This document shows, piece by piece, positions 36,054-49,659 of a stretch of DNA of 64,000 nucleotides. Within the stretch, counting starts at the first letter, position 1. Every line of letters begins with the position of its first letter. Source of the stretch: Octopus sinensis (taxonomy: Eukaryota); the NCBI RefSeq assembly GCF_006345805.1, contig NC_043014.1, positions 45,694,001 through 45,758,000 of the forward strand, in the 5' to 3' direction. The position numbers and the translations under genes are program-made. The notes under the pieces were generated by a model. It was not told where the DNA came from and searched no databases. It was given only the letters and a program-made list of their open reading frames with translations.

Positions 36054-36374
36054 AAGCATGCATTAAGACGTGATTACATAAACACACACACACACACACA
36101 CACAGAAAGACACAAAAACACATGAGCTTAAACAGACATAATGACACACATATACTCGCATACAGAAAACAAAGATATGCGCACATGCATACACGCACAG
36201 AATTTCATAATTAATACAATGTTCTGTCTACTTCCTGACTGAAGTAAAATATTCAGTCACACACACACACACAGTGGGATTATAGCAATGTAATTCAATA
36301 TCATTCTTCCTGTGTAGATCAACCACATATAATTCCAAAATAACCTTTATAATATCAGGGACTCGAATGCTGTA

Positions 36375-36404
36375 CCAGTTGTGTGTGTGTGTGTGTATAT
36401 ATAA

Positions 36405-36437
<33 letters not shown>

Positions 36438-36467
36438 GTGTGTGTGTGTGTGTGTGTGTATATATAA

Positions 36468-36500
<33 letters not shown>

Positions 36501-36597
36501 GTGTGTGTGTGTATGTGTGGTGTGTGTGTGTGTGTGGTGTGTATATATATATATATATATATGTGTGTGCGTGTGTGTGTGTATATATGTGTGTGTG

Positions 36598-36628
<31 letters not shown>

Positions 36629-36787
36629 ATATATTTATATGTGTGTGTGTGTATATATATTATATATATGTGTGTGTATATATATATATTGTGTGTATAT
36701 ATATGTGTGTATATATATATATGTGTGTGAGTATATATATGTGTATATGTGTGTGTGTGTATATATATATATATATGTGTGTGTGTA

Positions 36788-36818
<31 letters not shown>

Positions 36819-36935
36819 TTACACACACACACACACACATATGTACACAGACACATACGTAGGTGTATACATGTTTATACAAATAGTTGTGTATATATAT
36901 TTAATGTGGTTTTAAAAATGCGTGTATACACATAA

Positions 36936-36966
<31 letters not shown>

Positions 36967-36990
36967 TATATATATGTGTGCCTGTGTCTA
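36375..36990. repeat. (TG)n/(TA)n compound microsatellite
   Basis: Visible. Confidence 0.97.
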
Positions 36991-37408
36991 TGGATGTATG
37001 CACGTGTACCTTACATAAGCAATTTACAATTATTAGTTATAGAAATATAGTACTTAGAGACTCCCATGAATAACATAGCATGTTGGAGTTTTTCTTTACA
37101 AAATATTTTTAGTATTCTCAGTTGATCAAAATTTTCCCTCTAACAGCATTTAAAATTCAACAAAAGAAAGGAGGTAACTCCAATAAGATCAGACAAGTGA
37201 AATTTTTAGAAAAGACAAACAATGAAACTGATGAGGATCTAGTCTTTAAAGCCAGATAGTGAAAGTAGAAAACAAGTTTCAGTCTTATTAGTCCTCCTCA
37301 GCAAAGCATAATATTCTACTAAGTGATCATGAGTAACTAAGAGTTTGTTAGTTTTTTGAGTGTTTTCTTCCAAATTTTAATGGGTTACACAAATAAGTTA
37401 TTGGAGTA

Positions 37409-37690
37409 TTTTTTTACAGTTCTATATTTAAGAGATGAGGAATTATGTACATTATTAACACAATGTTTCAGCTGATATACCCTGCAGCCTTCATCAGGTG
37501 CCTTGGGGAAATTTCGAACCTAGGTTCTCATTCCTAAGGTATTTTTCGATGTTATTATTATTATTATTATTATCATCATCATTATTATTCAGGTCACTGC
37601 CTGGAATCGAACTCGGAATCTTGGGGTTAGTAGTCCACGCTCTTAACCACTACGCCATATGCCCATGGGCAATATGGCGTAGTGGTTAAG
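37409..37690 (-). mobile_element. tRNA-headed SINE-like element with hammerhead-like core, A tail and inverted 5' duplication
   Basis: A box 37657-37647, B box 37612-37603, (AAT)n linker, CTGATGA-A-GGCTG..CAGCT-GAAAC at 37497-37465, A7 at 37415-37409. Confidence 0.65.
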
Positions 37691-37887
37691 TATATAACTG
37701 TACTGAGCAAGCTAGTGGATGTAGTTATACACTGCTGGTCACAATGTGCTTCCTAGCATTGTTTTAGCTTTCAAATAATACCACCCCACTGACGAAGAGA
37801 GCCAGCTAATACATACATAGACATCTCTCTCTCTCTTTCTATGGTTGAATGAGCTTCCTAATGCCAACCACTTTACAAAGGCGGCGA

Positions 37888-38112
37888 GCTTGCAGAAACG
37901 TTAGCACGCCGGGCGAAATGCGTAGCTGTATTTCACCTGCCGTTAACGTTCTGAGTTCAAATTCCGCCGAGGTCAACTTTGCCTTTCATCCTTTCGGGGT
38001 CGATAAATAAAGTACCAGTTTTCTCACTGGGTTCAATGTAATCAACTTAATCCGTTTGTCTGTCCTTGTTTGTCCCCTCTATGTTTAGCCCCTTGTGGGC
38101 AGTAAAGAAATA
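37888..38112 (+). mobile_element. ctttcatcc-core SINE
   Basis: Family match. Confidence 0.87.
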
Positions 38113-38324
38113 CACTTTACAAAGTATACTGGGTGCTTTTAACTATAGTGTGTGAGTGTGCACATGTGTGTGTATGACAAGCTTGTTTTTCAGCTTTCAT
38201 TTACTAAACCCACTTACGAATTTTTAGCTGGGGCAAGGGTCTAACAGAAGACACTTTATATCATAGAAGATATTTGGCCAAAGAGAAGTGAACTTAGGGT
38301 ATTATGCTTTCTAAAGTGAACTTT

Positions 38325-38838
38325 TTAACCCATTTGTTACCAACCCGGCTGAAACTGGCTCTGCCTCTTTAGTATAAATGTCTTGTTTTCATAAGTTCTG
38401 AATTAAAATCTTCCACCAAATCTTAGTCACAATTTATGTTCCTAACTCTAGCTTAATGATAACTAAGTTATTTTACTCAATTCTTTGTTATATTTAAAGT
38501 AATTGAAAGAAACACAGAGCATCTCAAAATAAATACAGTAATGAAAGGGTTAAAATATATAATAGAGAAATAATTCTTAACCCCAGACATTTTATAAACA
38601 AGCCAATATTTAACCCTTTTGTTACCAACCCAGCTGAAACTGGCTCTGGCTCTTTAGTATAAATGTCTTGTTTTCAAAAGTTTTGAATTAAAATCTTCCC
38701 CCAAACCTTAGTCACAATTTATGTTCTTAACACTAGCTTAATGATAAACATGTTATTTTACTAAATTCTTCGTTATATTTAAACCAATTGGAAGAAACAC
38801 GGGGCATCTCAAAATAAATACAGTAACGAAAGGGTTAA
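38325..38838. mobile_element. piggyBac-type MITE dimer with the same 23-bp spacer
   Basis: Two units matching the 17520 array, ending aaagggttaa. Confidence 0.85.
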
Positions 38839-39274
38839 TCCTTCAGTCATACCCGTCAGTCTGTCTGTCTGTCTACTTATCACTATCTCTTTCCTCCCCT
38901 CTTCCTCCTCACTCTCATTCTCCCCCCTCCCTCTCTTCTCTCTCTCACATGGATGCATCCACTTCCAACACAATTACACATTCATACATTGAGAATGAAC
39001 CTTCAGATAGAAAGTCAAACACACAACAGAGGAATATGCTGTATGTGTGTCTCTCTCTTTCTCTCTCTCTCTCATCCTCCAAGCAACAGACATTGATAAC
39101 GACTCACTCTTCATTCCATAATTCTTATCCAAGATACTTCAGACAGATTGCTATCAGATAATTACAGCAGAAGGTATAAACTACTTAGGAATGGTGAGCA
39201 GGAGTGGCTGTGTGGTAAGTAGCTTGCTTACCAACCACAGGGTTCCGGGTTCTTGGGCAAGTGTCTTCTACTAT

Positions 39275-39925
39275 ATATTTCTTTATTACCCACAAGGGGC
39301 TAAACATAGAGGGGACAAACAAAGACAGACAAAGGGATTAAGTCGATTACATTGACCCCAGTGCCTAACTGGTACTTAATTTATCGAACCCCCCAAAGGA
39401 TGAAAGGCAAAGTCGACCTCGGCGGAATTTGAACCCAGAACGTGACAGCAGACAAAATACCTATTTCTTTACTACCACACAGAGGGGACAAACAAGGACC
39501 GACAAACGGATTAAGTCGATTACATCGACCCCAGAAGGATGAAAGGCAAAGTCGACCTACTGTAGCCTCGGGCAGACCAAAGCCTTGTGAGTTGATTTGG
39601 TAGACAGAAACTGAAAGAAGCTTGTCGTGTGTGTGTGTGTGTGTGTGCGCGTGTGTGTGTGTGCGTGTGTGTGTGTGCGTGTGTGTGTGTGCGTGTGTGT
39701 GTGTGTGTGTCCATCCCAACAATTGATGTTTTGAATATGAATTCGTATTCTGGTCAAAAAGTCCAACCAACGGACATAAAGTGATGATAATGGTGATGAT
39801 GAAACCTTTTGATGAAGAACAAGGATATAGTAGAAGACACTTGCCCAAGGTGCCATGCAGTGGGACTGAACCCAGAACCATGTGGTTGGTAAGCAAGCTA
39901 CTTACCACACAACCACTCCTGTGCC
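39275..39925 (-). mobile_element. Nested/adjacent SINE fragments (ctttcatcc-core and CORE-like)
   Basis: Reverse-strand family motifs. Confidence 0.75.
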
Positions 39926-40269
39926 TCTGTAAAATTATTAATAACAAAACATGTTAACCCCTTCGACAGCCCCTTGCTCTATGTTTCTATGTTATAAACA
40001 TAACATTTGCCTGGCATATTACATACCAACGAAAAAATTTTATCTAGAAGAATCTGAAAAGACTTTTTACATTGCCTGCGAGACAGTATCACAGCGTTCA
40101 GCTTATGAAGGGATTCCTATCGGAGATACGAACAGGTGAGATTTACAGGTATGCTGTTTGAAACCGACAAAGTGGTAGCATTGGAAAGGGACCTGCCCAA
40201 CTGATGCGAGCATGGATAAAAAAAATGAATGTAAAATGATGATGACAAAGATGATAAATATTCATTAGA

Positions 40270-40565
40270 AAAACCTCTCGAAAGAGCTGTTCTTCACTCC
40301 TGCTCCAGAGCGTTGGCTGTGGGGTCACTCCGAAAAGCTCTATCTGCGACGATTTCATCTCAATCGAAGGAGTGGGGCTTTCTCCGTCCGGGTTGCGGAT
40401 CCGTGGAATAAGCTGCCGGACGAGATAGTGAAGATGTCGACGACCGCTCGGTTCAAAGTCTCCCTTGACCACAAGTGGCCTGAACTCTTTACATGAACAC
40501 CACCCTGTTCATAACTCCATGTCCCCCTACATGGCCTTGCTTTTTGCTTTTTGAGCCAAAAAATT
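40270..40565 (+). mobile_element. CR1-like LINE 3' end
   Basis: ggggctttctccgtccgggttgcggatccgtggaataagctgccgg..aaattaactaactt tail. Confidence 0.8.
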
Positions 40566-41114
40566 AACTAACTTAATTGACACCTGAAGAGAACCAGGCT
40601 TTATAGATTGATGGAAACCGCAGAGACATAAATGCAAAAGATGATAAGGTGGTGGTGGAGGAGGGGGTTAAAATGTCTTTAAAGTAAATCTACTTTGACT
40701 ATTCTGCTGCTTTATTTCACAGTGTGTGTGTGTGTGTGTGTGTGTGTACTGGGGAAACATCTGTCAACAGTGATTAAACTTTGAAACAGTCATAATGTCA
40801 ATAGAGATGATATAATCTCCGCCGACGCCGACACCACCCAACCCAACCACCGTGCCATAATAGGAGAGATGGGGGGAGGGAGAGATCGGTGGGGTGGAGG
40901 TTGGGGGGAGCATTTGTCGAGATGTGAAGATTAAACAAAATGCAGCGATAGAACAACACACAACAAAAACACAGAGACAAACGAAACAAACAATAGTATC
41001 ATCATCATCATCACAACCACTACCATCTTATTACCACTTAAATACCTTTGAATACCTTTGAATCAAATTTGCCAGAAGATTAAAATTGAACAGAGGTGAA
41101 GGGTGAAAGAAAGG

Positions 41115-41125
41115 TCATAATAATA

Positions 41126-41172
<47 letters not shown>

Positions 41173-41231
41173 AATAATAATAATGATGATAATAATGAGA
41201 AGAAGAAGAGGAGGAAGAAGAAGAAGAGGAA

Positions 41232-41278
<47 letters not shown>

Positions 41279-41700
41279 AGAGGAGGAAGAAGAAGAGGAA
41301 GAAGAGGGAGAAGAGGAGGAAGAAGAGGAGGAGGAGGAGGAGAAGAAGAAGAAAAGGAAGAAGATGAATAGGAAGAAGAGGAGAAGAAGAAGAGGAAGAA
41401 GAAGAGGAAGAAGAAGATGAATAGGAAGAAGAAGAAGAGGAAGAAGAAGAAGGGAAGAGAAGAAGAGGAAGAGAAGAGGAAGAAGAAGATGAATAGGAAG
41501 AAGAAGATGAATAGGAAAAGAAGAGGAAGAAGAAGAAGGGAAGAGAAGAAGAGGAAGAGAAGAGGAAGAAGAAGATGAATAGGAAGAAGAAGATGAATAG
41601 GAAGAAGAAGAGGAAGAAGAAGAGGAAGAAGAAGATGAATAGGAAGAAGAAGAGGAAGAAGAAGAGGAAGAAGAGGAAAAGAAGAAGAAGAAGAGAGAGA
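41115..41700. repeat. (AAT)n then (GAA/GAG)n purine tract
   Basis: Visible. Confidence 0.97.
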
Positions 41701-42389
41701 ATCCCTAAGCTCTTATTTCCTTTATTCTTCTAAGGGGTTGGCTTTGTGGTAGATCCTTCATTTGGTTCTTTGTTTTTCTTCTTTTTATCAGGTATTAATT
41801 CTTTTTTTGTTTTTTTTTTGCATGCAGAAATAAACTTAAAAAACAAAGACTGAAAAAACGAAACGAAACAAAACAAAGAAGCCCTAAATAATAAACTGGA
41901 ATCCTGTGCCCTCATGCATGTCTTGCCCAACAATGTGCTCAACCAGTCATGAAACTTTTAACTCCACAGAAAAAGTTTGGAAAAAATAGAGAAAATATAA
42001 AAGGAATTATACTTTTGTCAGCAATCATAAACAAATTAGAATTTAACTCTTAGTTGATTTATAAAAAAAAATTGTCTTTGTTTGATGTTAGGATTTATTT
42101 TAGCATTTGTTTACTAAGAACAAGAACAAAGACAAACAAACAAACAAAACAGACAGCAACAAAGGAGTCACTCCAGCCACCACCCACACGCCAAATGAAA
42201 TCTTAGAAATGAAATCTGCAGAAAATAACAAATCCTACCAAAATGAAAAATAAGTGGTGGTGGTGGTGGGCTGGGGTATAAATTGTAATAGAATAATTGC
42301 TTCTAAATTGAGGCATCAAATCAGTAAATTGTTGAGGGAAGAGAAGAAATAGTTGATTAAAACTGAGCCCAATAATTTAACTGGTATTA

Positions 42390-42940
42390 AGGTGGCGAGC
42401 TGGCAGAAACGTTAGCACGCCGGGTGAAATGCTTAGCGGTATTACGTCTGCCGCTACGTTCTGAGTTCAAATTCCACCAAGGTCGACTTTGCTTTTCATC
42501 CTTTCGGGGTCGATTAACTAAGTACCAGTTACGCACTGGGGTCGATTAACTAAGTACCAGTTACGCACTGGGGTCGATTAACTAAGTACCAGTTACGCAC
42601 TGGGGTCGATTAACTAATACCTTACCGCACTGGGGTCGATTAACTAGTACCAGTTACGCACTGGGGTCTTAACTAAGTACCAGTTACGCACTGGGGTCGA
42701 TTAACTAAGTACCAGTTACGCACTGGGGTCGATTAACTAAGTACCAGTTACGCACTGGGGTCGATTAACTAAGTACCAGTTACGCACTGGGGTCGATTAA
42801 CTAAGTACCAGTTACGCACTGGGGTCGATTAACTAAGTACCAGTTATGCACTGGGGTCGATATAATCGACTTGACCCGTTTGTTTGTCCTTGTTTGTCCT
42901 CTCTGTGTTTAGCCCCTTATGGGTAGTAAAGAAATAAGTA
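42390..42940 (+). mobile_element. ctttcatcc-core SINE with internal 32-bp minisatellite (~11 units)
   Basis: Unit ggggtcgattaactaagtaccagttacgcact; period 32 (42691, 42723, 42755). Confidence 0.92.
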
Positions 42941-43599
42941 TTTCATCAGGAGATGGCAATTCTGAGGGGAGGGAACGGTTGAATACTGATGAGGGTGGGC
43001 ACCTTATTTTACCAACTCTGCTAATGGTACATTTAAAGCACCCAGCACACACTGTAAAGTGGTTGGCATTAGGGAGGGCATCCAGCTGTAGAGACCAAAC
43101 CAAGCCCAATCAGACTGGAGCAGATCTCTAATTAGCCATCTCTGGTCAAACCATCCAACTCATGCCAGCATGGAAAAATGGATGTTTAAGGATGATGATG
43201 ATGATGGGAGAATAGAAAGCAAAAATTAATTTAGGCGGGATTTGAACTCAGAACATTTAAGAGCCGGAAATAAGAATAATAGTAATAACAGAAAAAAAAT
43301 AAAATAAAATGGGGGAAAAAATGCAAAATAATTCAAAGTCAACAGGAATGTTATTTTAATTTTATTTTTTTGTTAAAACAATTATTTGCAATAAATTTCT
43401 CGGATGGTTTCAAATAACTTTTAAAACACACAAAATATTTTTGGGTTTGTTTCATTTTTTTTTCATTAATTTGTTTGTCAAGGTTTTTTTTTTGAGGGGA
43501 AGGGAGTGTTTATTTACTTTTTTTATTCATTTATTTATTTATTTTGTATTTCATCTAAACAAACTACACAATGCTCCTTGTATGGTGGACACCCCCAGC

Positions 43600-44714
43600 C
43601 CTGCAAAGAGAGGTGGAGAGAGAGGAGAATGTGGAGAGTGTGGGGAGGAAAGGGAGCATGGAGAGAGGGAGAGTGTGGAGAATGAGGGAGAGAGTAGTGA
43701 ATGTGGAGAGAGAGGAAGGAGATAGAGAGAGGAGGGAGATAGAGAGAGGAGAATGTGAAGAGAGTGCGGGAAGAAAGGGAGCGTGGAGAGTGAGAGATTG
43801 TGGAGAGTGAGGGAGAGAGTAGTGAATGTGGAGAGAGAGAGGGAGAGAGTGTGTGTGTGTAGAGAGAGAGAGAGGGAGTGTAGTGAATCTGAAGAGAGAG
43901 AGAGGGGGAAGGAGAGTGTGGAGAGAGAGATGAAGAGGGAGAGAATGTGGAAAGAGGAGGGAAAGATGGTGTGGAGAGGAAGCAGTAAGGGAAATATAGA
44001 GGGGTAAATACAGAGTGGAATAGGAAAGACAGAGAAAGAGAGGAGATATACAGAGCAAAAAGGTGGTGGGAGGATAAGGGGAGAAGAGACAGGAGAGATT
44101 GGAGAGCATTTTGAGTGAAGGTGATTCTTAAAATAATGAAGTTGGTGTAGAGAGGGGAGGAGAGAGAGAGAGAGAGAGAGAAAATGAAAGTGAAAGTAGG
44201 TGGGGGTGGAGAGAACCAGAGAACAACTGTAGGGGTATGGAATAGGAGCGTGAGGAAGAAAGAAAAAAGGAAGACATTGTGTTCAAGGAGGGAGTGGAGG
44301 GAAATATTAAAATAAGGGAGGAGTGGTAGGGGGAGAAAACGCAAACCCCAGCAAAATAAGACAAAACCCCAATCAACCAATGAATAATCCTAGATTGAAT
44401 CCAACTTGAAGCATAGAATACAATGGAAAACACACACACACACACACACACACCATTGCTATCTTTTAACTCTGTGAATTCACCTGGATTACGATAGATA
44501 GAAAGATAGATAGATTGGATGGATGGATTGGATGGATGGATTGGATGGATGGATTGATTGGATGGATGGATTGGATGGATGGATTGGAGGGAGGGAGGGA
44601 GGGATGGAGTGAGTGAGTGAGTGAGTGAGTGAGTGAGTGAGTGAGTGAGTGAGTGAGGGAGTGAGGGAGGGAGGGAGGGAGGGAGGGAGTGAGGGTGGGA
44701 GGGAGGGAGGGAGG

Positions 44715-44745
<31 letters not shown>

Positions 44746-45001
44746 GATAGATAGATGATAGATAGAAGATAGATAGATAGATAGATAGGATAGATAGATA
44801 GGATAGATAGATAGGATAGATAGATAGGATAGATACATAGGATAGAATAGATAGATAGATTGGATAGATAGATAGATAAATAGATAGATTGGATAGATAG
44901 ATAGATAAATAGATAGATTGGATAGATAGATAGATAGATAGATAAATAGATGGATAGGATGGATAGATAGATAGATAGATTGGATAGATAGATATAGATA
45001 G

Positions 45002-45032
<31 letters not shown>

Positions 45033-45033
45033 G

Positions 45034-45067
<34 letters not shown>

Positions 45068-45170
45068 TAAGAGACAGACACAAAGCAACAGAGAGAGAGA
45101 GAGAGAAAGTGAAATCACCTGGATTACAAGAGAGAGAAGGAAAGAGAGAGAAACAGATAGGCAGATAGAG
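43600..45170. repeat. Purine-rich low-complexity and (GATA/GGAT/GAGT)n microsatellite complex
   Basis: Visible. Confidence 0.93.
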
Positions 45171-45467
45171 AGATAGTTGAGGTGAAGTGAGAGGTGATAT
45201 TGACATGGATGTTTAATCAAAGGTTAATTAAAAAGAGGCTATTGTAATTTGTTTATTATTCCAAGGAATGAAGGTGTGTAAGGTGGAGAGGGGTGGAAGT
45301 GGATGCTAGGGGTGGAATGGTAGTGTTTCTGTTGGTGTTGTTGTTGCTGCTGCTGCAGTTGTTGTTGTTACTATAATGGTTGATAGAACTGCAGCTGCAT
45401 GGTTGCAACAGTGAAAGATTCCATACAAAGGTGTGCCATACTGCTGCAAAAACATAAACATGACACA

Positions 45468-45861
45468 GGCATGGCTGTGTGGTTAAGAAGCTAGCTTTGC
45501 TTACCAACCACATGGTTACGAGTTCAGTCCCACTGCGTGGCACCTTGGGCAGGTGTATTCTACTATAGCCTCGGGCCGACCAAAGCCTTGTGAGTGGATT
45601 TGGTAGACGGAAACTGAAAGAAGCCCATCGTATATATGTGTGTGTGTATGTGTTTGTGTATATGTTTGTGTCTGTGTTTGTGCCCCCAACATCGTTTGAC
45701 AACTGATGCTGGTGTGTTTACGTCCCCGTCACTGATCGGTTTAGCAGGAGTGACCGATAGAATAAGTACTAGGCTTACAAAGAATAAGTCCTGGGGCCGA
45801 TTTGCTCGACTAAAGGCGGTGCTCCAACATGGCCACAGTCAAATGACTGAAACAAATAAAA

Positions 45862-45902
<41 letters not shown>

Positions 45903-46040
45903 CAACAGGCTTCTCTCAATTGCCATCTACCAAATCCACACACAAGGCTTTAGTCAGCCCAAAGCTGTAGTAGAAGATGCCCAAGGTGCCACGCAGTGAG
46001 ACTGAACCAGAACCACGTGGTTGGGAAGCAAGCTTCTTAC
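45468..46040. mobile_element. Tail-to-tail CORE-like SINE pair (+ 45468-45865, - 45900-46040)
   Basis: Family motifs in both orientations. Confidence 0.82.
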
Positions 46041-46636
46041 CACACAGCCAGGCCTGCATTTGTTTGTTTGTTTCGGAATGACATTGTAGGATAGGTGTGA
46101 GAAGTTGGATCAGGTCAGTACGAACACAAAAACGGAATAATATTTGGGCTGATTATGGCCAGATTAAATGCTAAAGGGTTAAAGGATAAAGATTAGCAGG
46201 CAAGTAACACTAAACAGGTACTGTGCTACCAAATAACCAACAAAGCAGAAAACTAACAACCTACTACACACTACTAATTGTTCAACAAAAGACATCTATT
46301 GGGAGGCAAAATTGGAATGGAGTGTGTGTATATGTGTATGGGGGGGGTCACATCCTGTCTCCTATCCCCCGCTCTCCTCCTACCCCCACCACCATCTTTT
46401 CCTACAGACTGCAAGCAGATGTGATAAATTACTTACAATAAACATTTAGATGTTCCAATATACATTGGAAGCAGCTTCAGTGAAATGCTAACAAGAACCT
46501 TTATAGCAGAGCAACTTCCTTCCACAGCAGGGGACTGACCAGAAAATAGGGGCAGCCACACACACACACACATACACACACACCTTAACACTTGCATTGC
46601 TTAGACCTATGCTTGATCAGGGCCAGCACAGGTCTA

Positions 46637-46677
<41 letters not shown>

Positions 46678-46887
46678 GTAGGAGCATGCATGCACACATT
46701 AAAATAGACAGACACTTTGATCTTTGGTCTTAAATCAGGGCTGGCATGATGGCTAAGTAACAACAAGAACACACACAATCATGAACACACAGACGTAACA
46801 CACAGACATATTAACACACAGACACACATACTTAGATCTTAAGTCTGCTTCATCTGATCCAACAAGGGTCTAGACACCAGCATGCAC

Positions 46888-46920
<33 letters not shown>

Positions 46921-47158
46921 TACATACACACACACACAGTCTACACCAAATATCAATTAGTTAGGCTACCTCCACAAAATACCCACCACACATTCTCATC
47001 CCTCCCTCGACTGAAAGGAAATCTAAACACCATCAGAATCTTCATATTAATTATATATATATATACACACACACATACATATACATACATACATACATAT
47101 ACATACATACATACACATACATACATATACATACATACATACACATACATACATATAC

Positions 47159-47191
<33 letters not shown>

Positions 47192-47774
47192 CATTTATAT
47201 ACATTTATATACATATATATACATACATACATATACATATATATACATACATATACATATATATATACATACATATATGTATTGTTATTGTTATGATGTT
47301 ATGGATCAGTCTATTGGAGTAAAATGGCGGTGGTGTTGGTGGAGTGAAAGGGTAGCCAATTTAAATCCGAGGTAATGGGCATGGTTGGTTTTAGTGGGAC
47401 TAATTGATAGACAACATGCAGTTTAGCAGCCACGAATTAATCTCAGGCAGAGAAAGCTCCCTTGGGGGCAGTTCCTGTTTGTTCTTGTGGATAAAGAAGC
47501 AAGAGCGCCAAAGTTTATATAAGAATATAACATAGTAGAAATGGTCTGTAGTAATTGAGAATGCATGGGGAGAGAATGCGCAAGAGAAGGGGGTTAGAAG
47601 AATTATGTGACCTGGAGACTATGAGAATGAGAAAAAGGGGTAACAGATAGACAGAGAGACAGAGGGACACAAGCAATTATGCAATCTAGAGAATGAATAA
47701 GTGAGCAAGAGAAGATAATTGTTGATAGAAAGAAACAGAGACAGGAGGAGAGAGAATACATATTTCATATGTAT

Positions 47775-48520
47775 CTGTTTATCTATCGATCCGTCTCCGC
47801 CTATCTATCTATCGATCCGTCTCCGCCTATCTATCTATCGATCCGTCTCCGCCTATCTATCTATTGATCCGTCTCCGCCTATCTATCTATCGATCCGTCT
47901 CCGCCTATCTATCTATCGATCCGTCTCCGCCTATCTATCTATCGATCCGTCTCCGCCTATCTATCTATCGATCCGTCTCCGCTATCTATCTATCGATCCG
48001 TCTCCGCCTATCTATCTATCGATTGATCCATTTCCGCCTATCTATCTATCGATCTATCTATCTATCGATCCATCTCCGCCTATCTATCTATCGATCTATC
48101 TATCGATCGATCCATTTCCACCTATCTATCTATCGATCCATTTCTGCCTATCTATCTATCGATCCATCTCCGCCTATCTATCTATCGATCCATCTCCGCC
48201 TATCTATCTATCGATCCATCCATCTCTGCCTGTCTATCAATCCATCTCTGCCTGTCTATCAATCCATCTCCGCCTATCTATCAATCCATCTCCGCCTATC
48301 TATCTATCGATCCATCTCCGCCTATCTATCTATCGATCCATCTCTGCCTGTCTATCGATCCATCTCTGCCTGTCTATCAATCCATCTCTGCCTGTCTATC
48401 GATCCATCTCTGCCTGTCTATCGATCCATCTCTGCCTATCTATCAATCCATCTCTGCCTATCTATCTATCGATCCATCTCTGCCTATCTGTCTATCTCTG
48501 CCTATCTATCTATCTATCTC
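47775..48520. repeat. 26/22-bp minisatellite built on (ATCT)n
   Basis: atctatctatcgatccgtctccgcct drifting to gtctatcgatccatctctgcct. Confidence 0.93.
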
Positions 48521-48762
48521 TGCCTAACTAACTACCTACCTACCTCTGCCCATTTATCTATTTATGCCTACCCACCTACCTATCCATCTATCCATCCATC
48601 AGTCTGTATCTATCTTAGTTATTTAGAGAGAGAAACTGAAGAAGAGGCAAGAACAGACAGACAAGCAGTTTATTTCTCTTTTTAAAAAAATGGGGAGGCA
48701 CGATATATTGAAAAAAAAATTGTAATAAGAATGAACAGGATAACAAGTGAGGGAGAGGGTGC

Positions 48763-48827
<65 letters not shown>

Positions 48828-49659
48828 AGCGTGTGGTGGGGTGGGGTGTAGTTAGTTATATATTTATATAAGAAAAGAGCTTTTGATAAAATAAACAATA
48901 TTAAACATTATATCTTTATAAACACCATTTTGAAACTGAAAACGGATCCCAACCATAGCAGGGAGTGGAAGGCAGAACTTGTTGAGGGTTGGGTATAAAT
49001 GCTTTATGGTGCTTCATGATATGCCTTAACAATCTGAGTTGAAATTCCTGCTCTAGGTCCACTCTCCCCTTCAATCCCTCTGGAACCAAAAAAATAAGAA
49101 TTGAATGTAGGTGGCTCAGATTCTTATCTTATATCCTAAGTGAGAGAGTACAAAGATGACATAAGCCAAATGGCTGAAAACCAAGGGAAAATTTTTATCT
49201 TTTTGATACTAACCTACTAGAAACTGCAATTGGTCTTGTAGTACAAACTTTTTCCTTTTAAAGTGATCTAAAGTTTTCGTTTTTGCATTTGGTTTGTAAA
49301 ATTCTTGATGTGAACGTGCATGAAAACAGATTTAGTTGTATCTTGGGAGGGTCATTATGCCAACGATAAACACAAGCACTGGTTCCATTTCACTTCTTTT
49401 ATGATCAGCAGTCAGTTAGCACACTGGGCAAGACACTTAGTGGCATTTCTTTTAGTTTAACATCCCAAGTTCAAAATGCTGCCAAGGTTGATTTTGTTCA
49501 TCTTTTTTGAGGTCAATGAAATCGACTAGTCAAGTACTGGGGGGGGGGGTCAATGTAATCGAATAGTACCCCTCTGCATAATTTTAGGACTTGTGCTTAT
49601 AGTAGAAAGGATTATTAATAGTCAATTAGTTAACAATTTAACCAGTTAAATTGTTCATT

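Noticed and set aside
37590-37664. Genuine tRNA gene (ACT anticodon-like loop)
   Set aside because: The acceptor stem does not close and it runs into an (AAT)n linker and element body; treated as a SINE head. Other tRNA-like heads in the window were rejected for the same reason.
41096-41371. Ile/Arg-rich protamine-like ORF
   Set aside because: Translation of (AAT)n and (GAA)n microsatellites.
42500-42860. 32-bp repeats as CRISPR
   Set aside because: Directly tandem with no spacers, and internal to a SINE.
46437-46540. Alternative first exon ending at t|gtaagt (46436)
   Set aside because: No ATG-initiated hydrophobic frame in phase 1; the only nearby ATG frame is phase 2.
43535-48685. ORFs of 180-317 aa
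   Set aside because: All low-complexity microsatellite or minisatellite translations.
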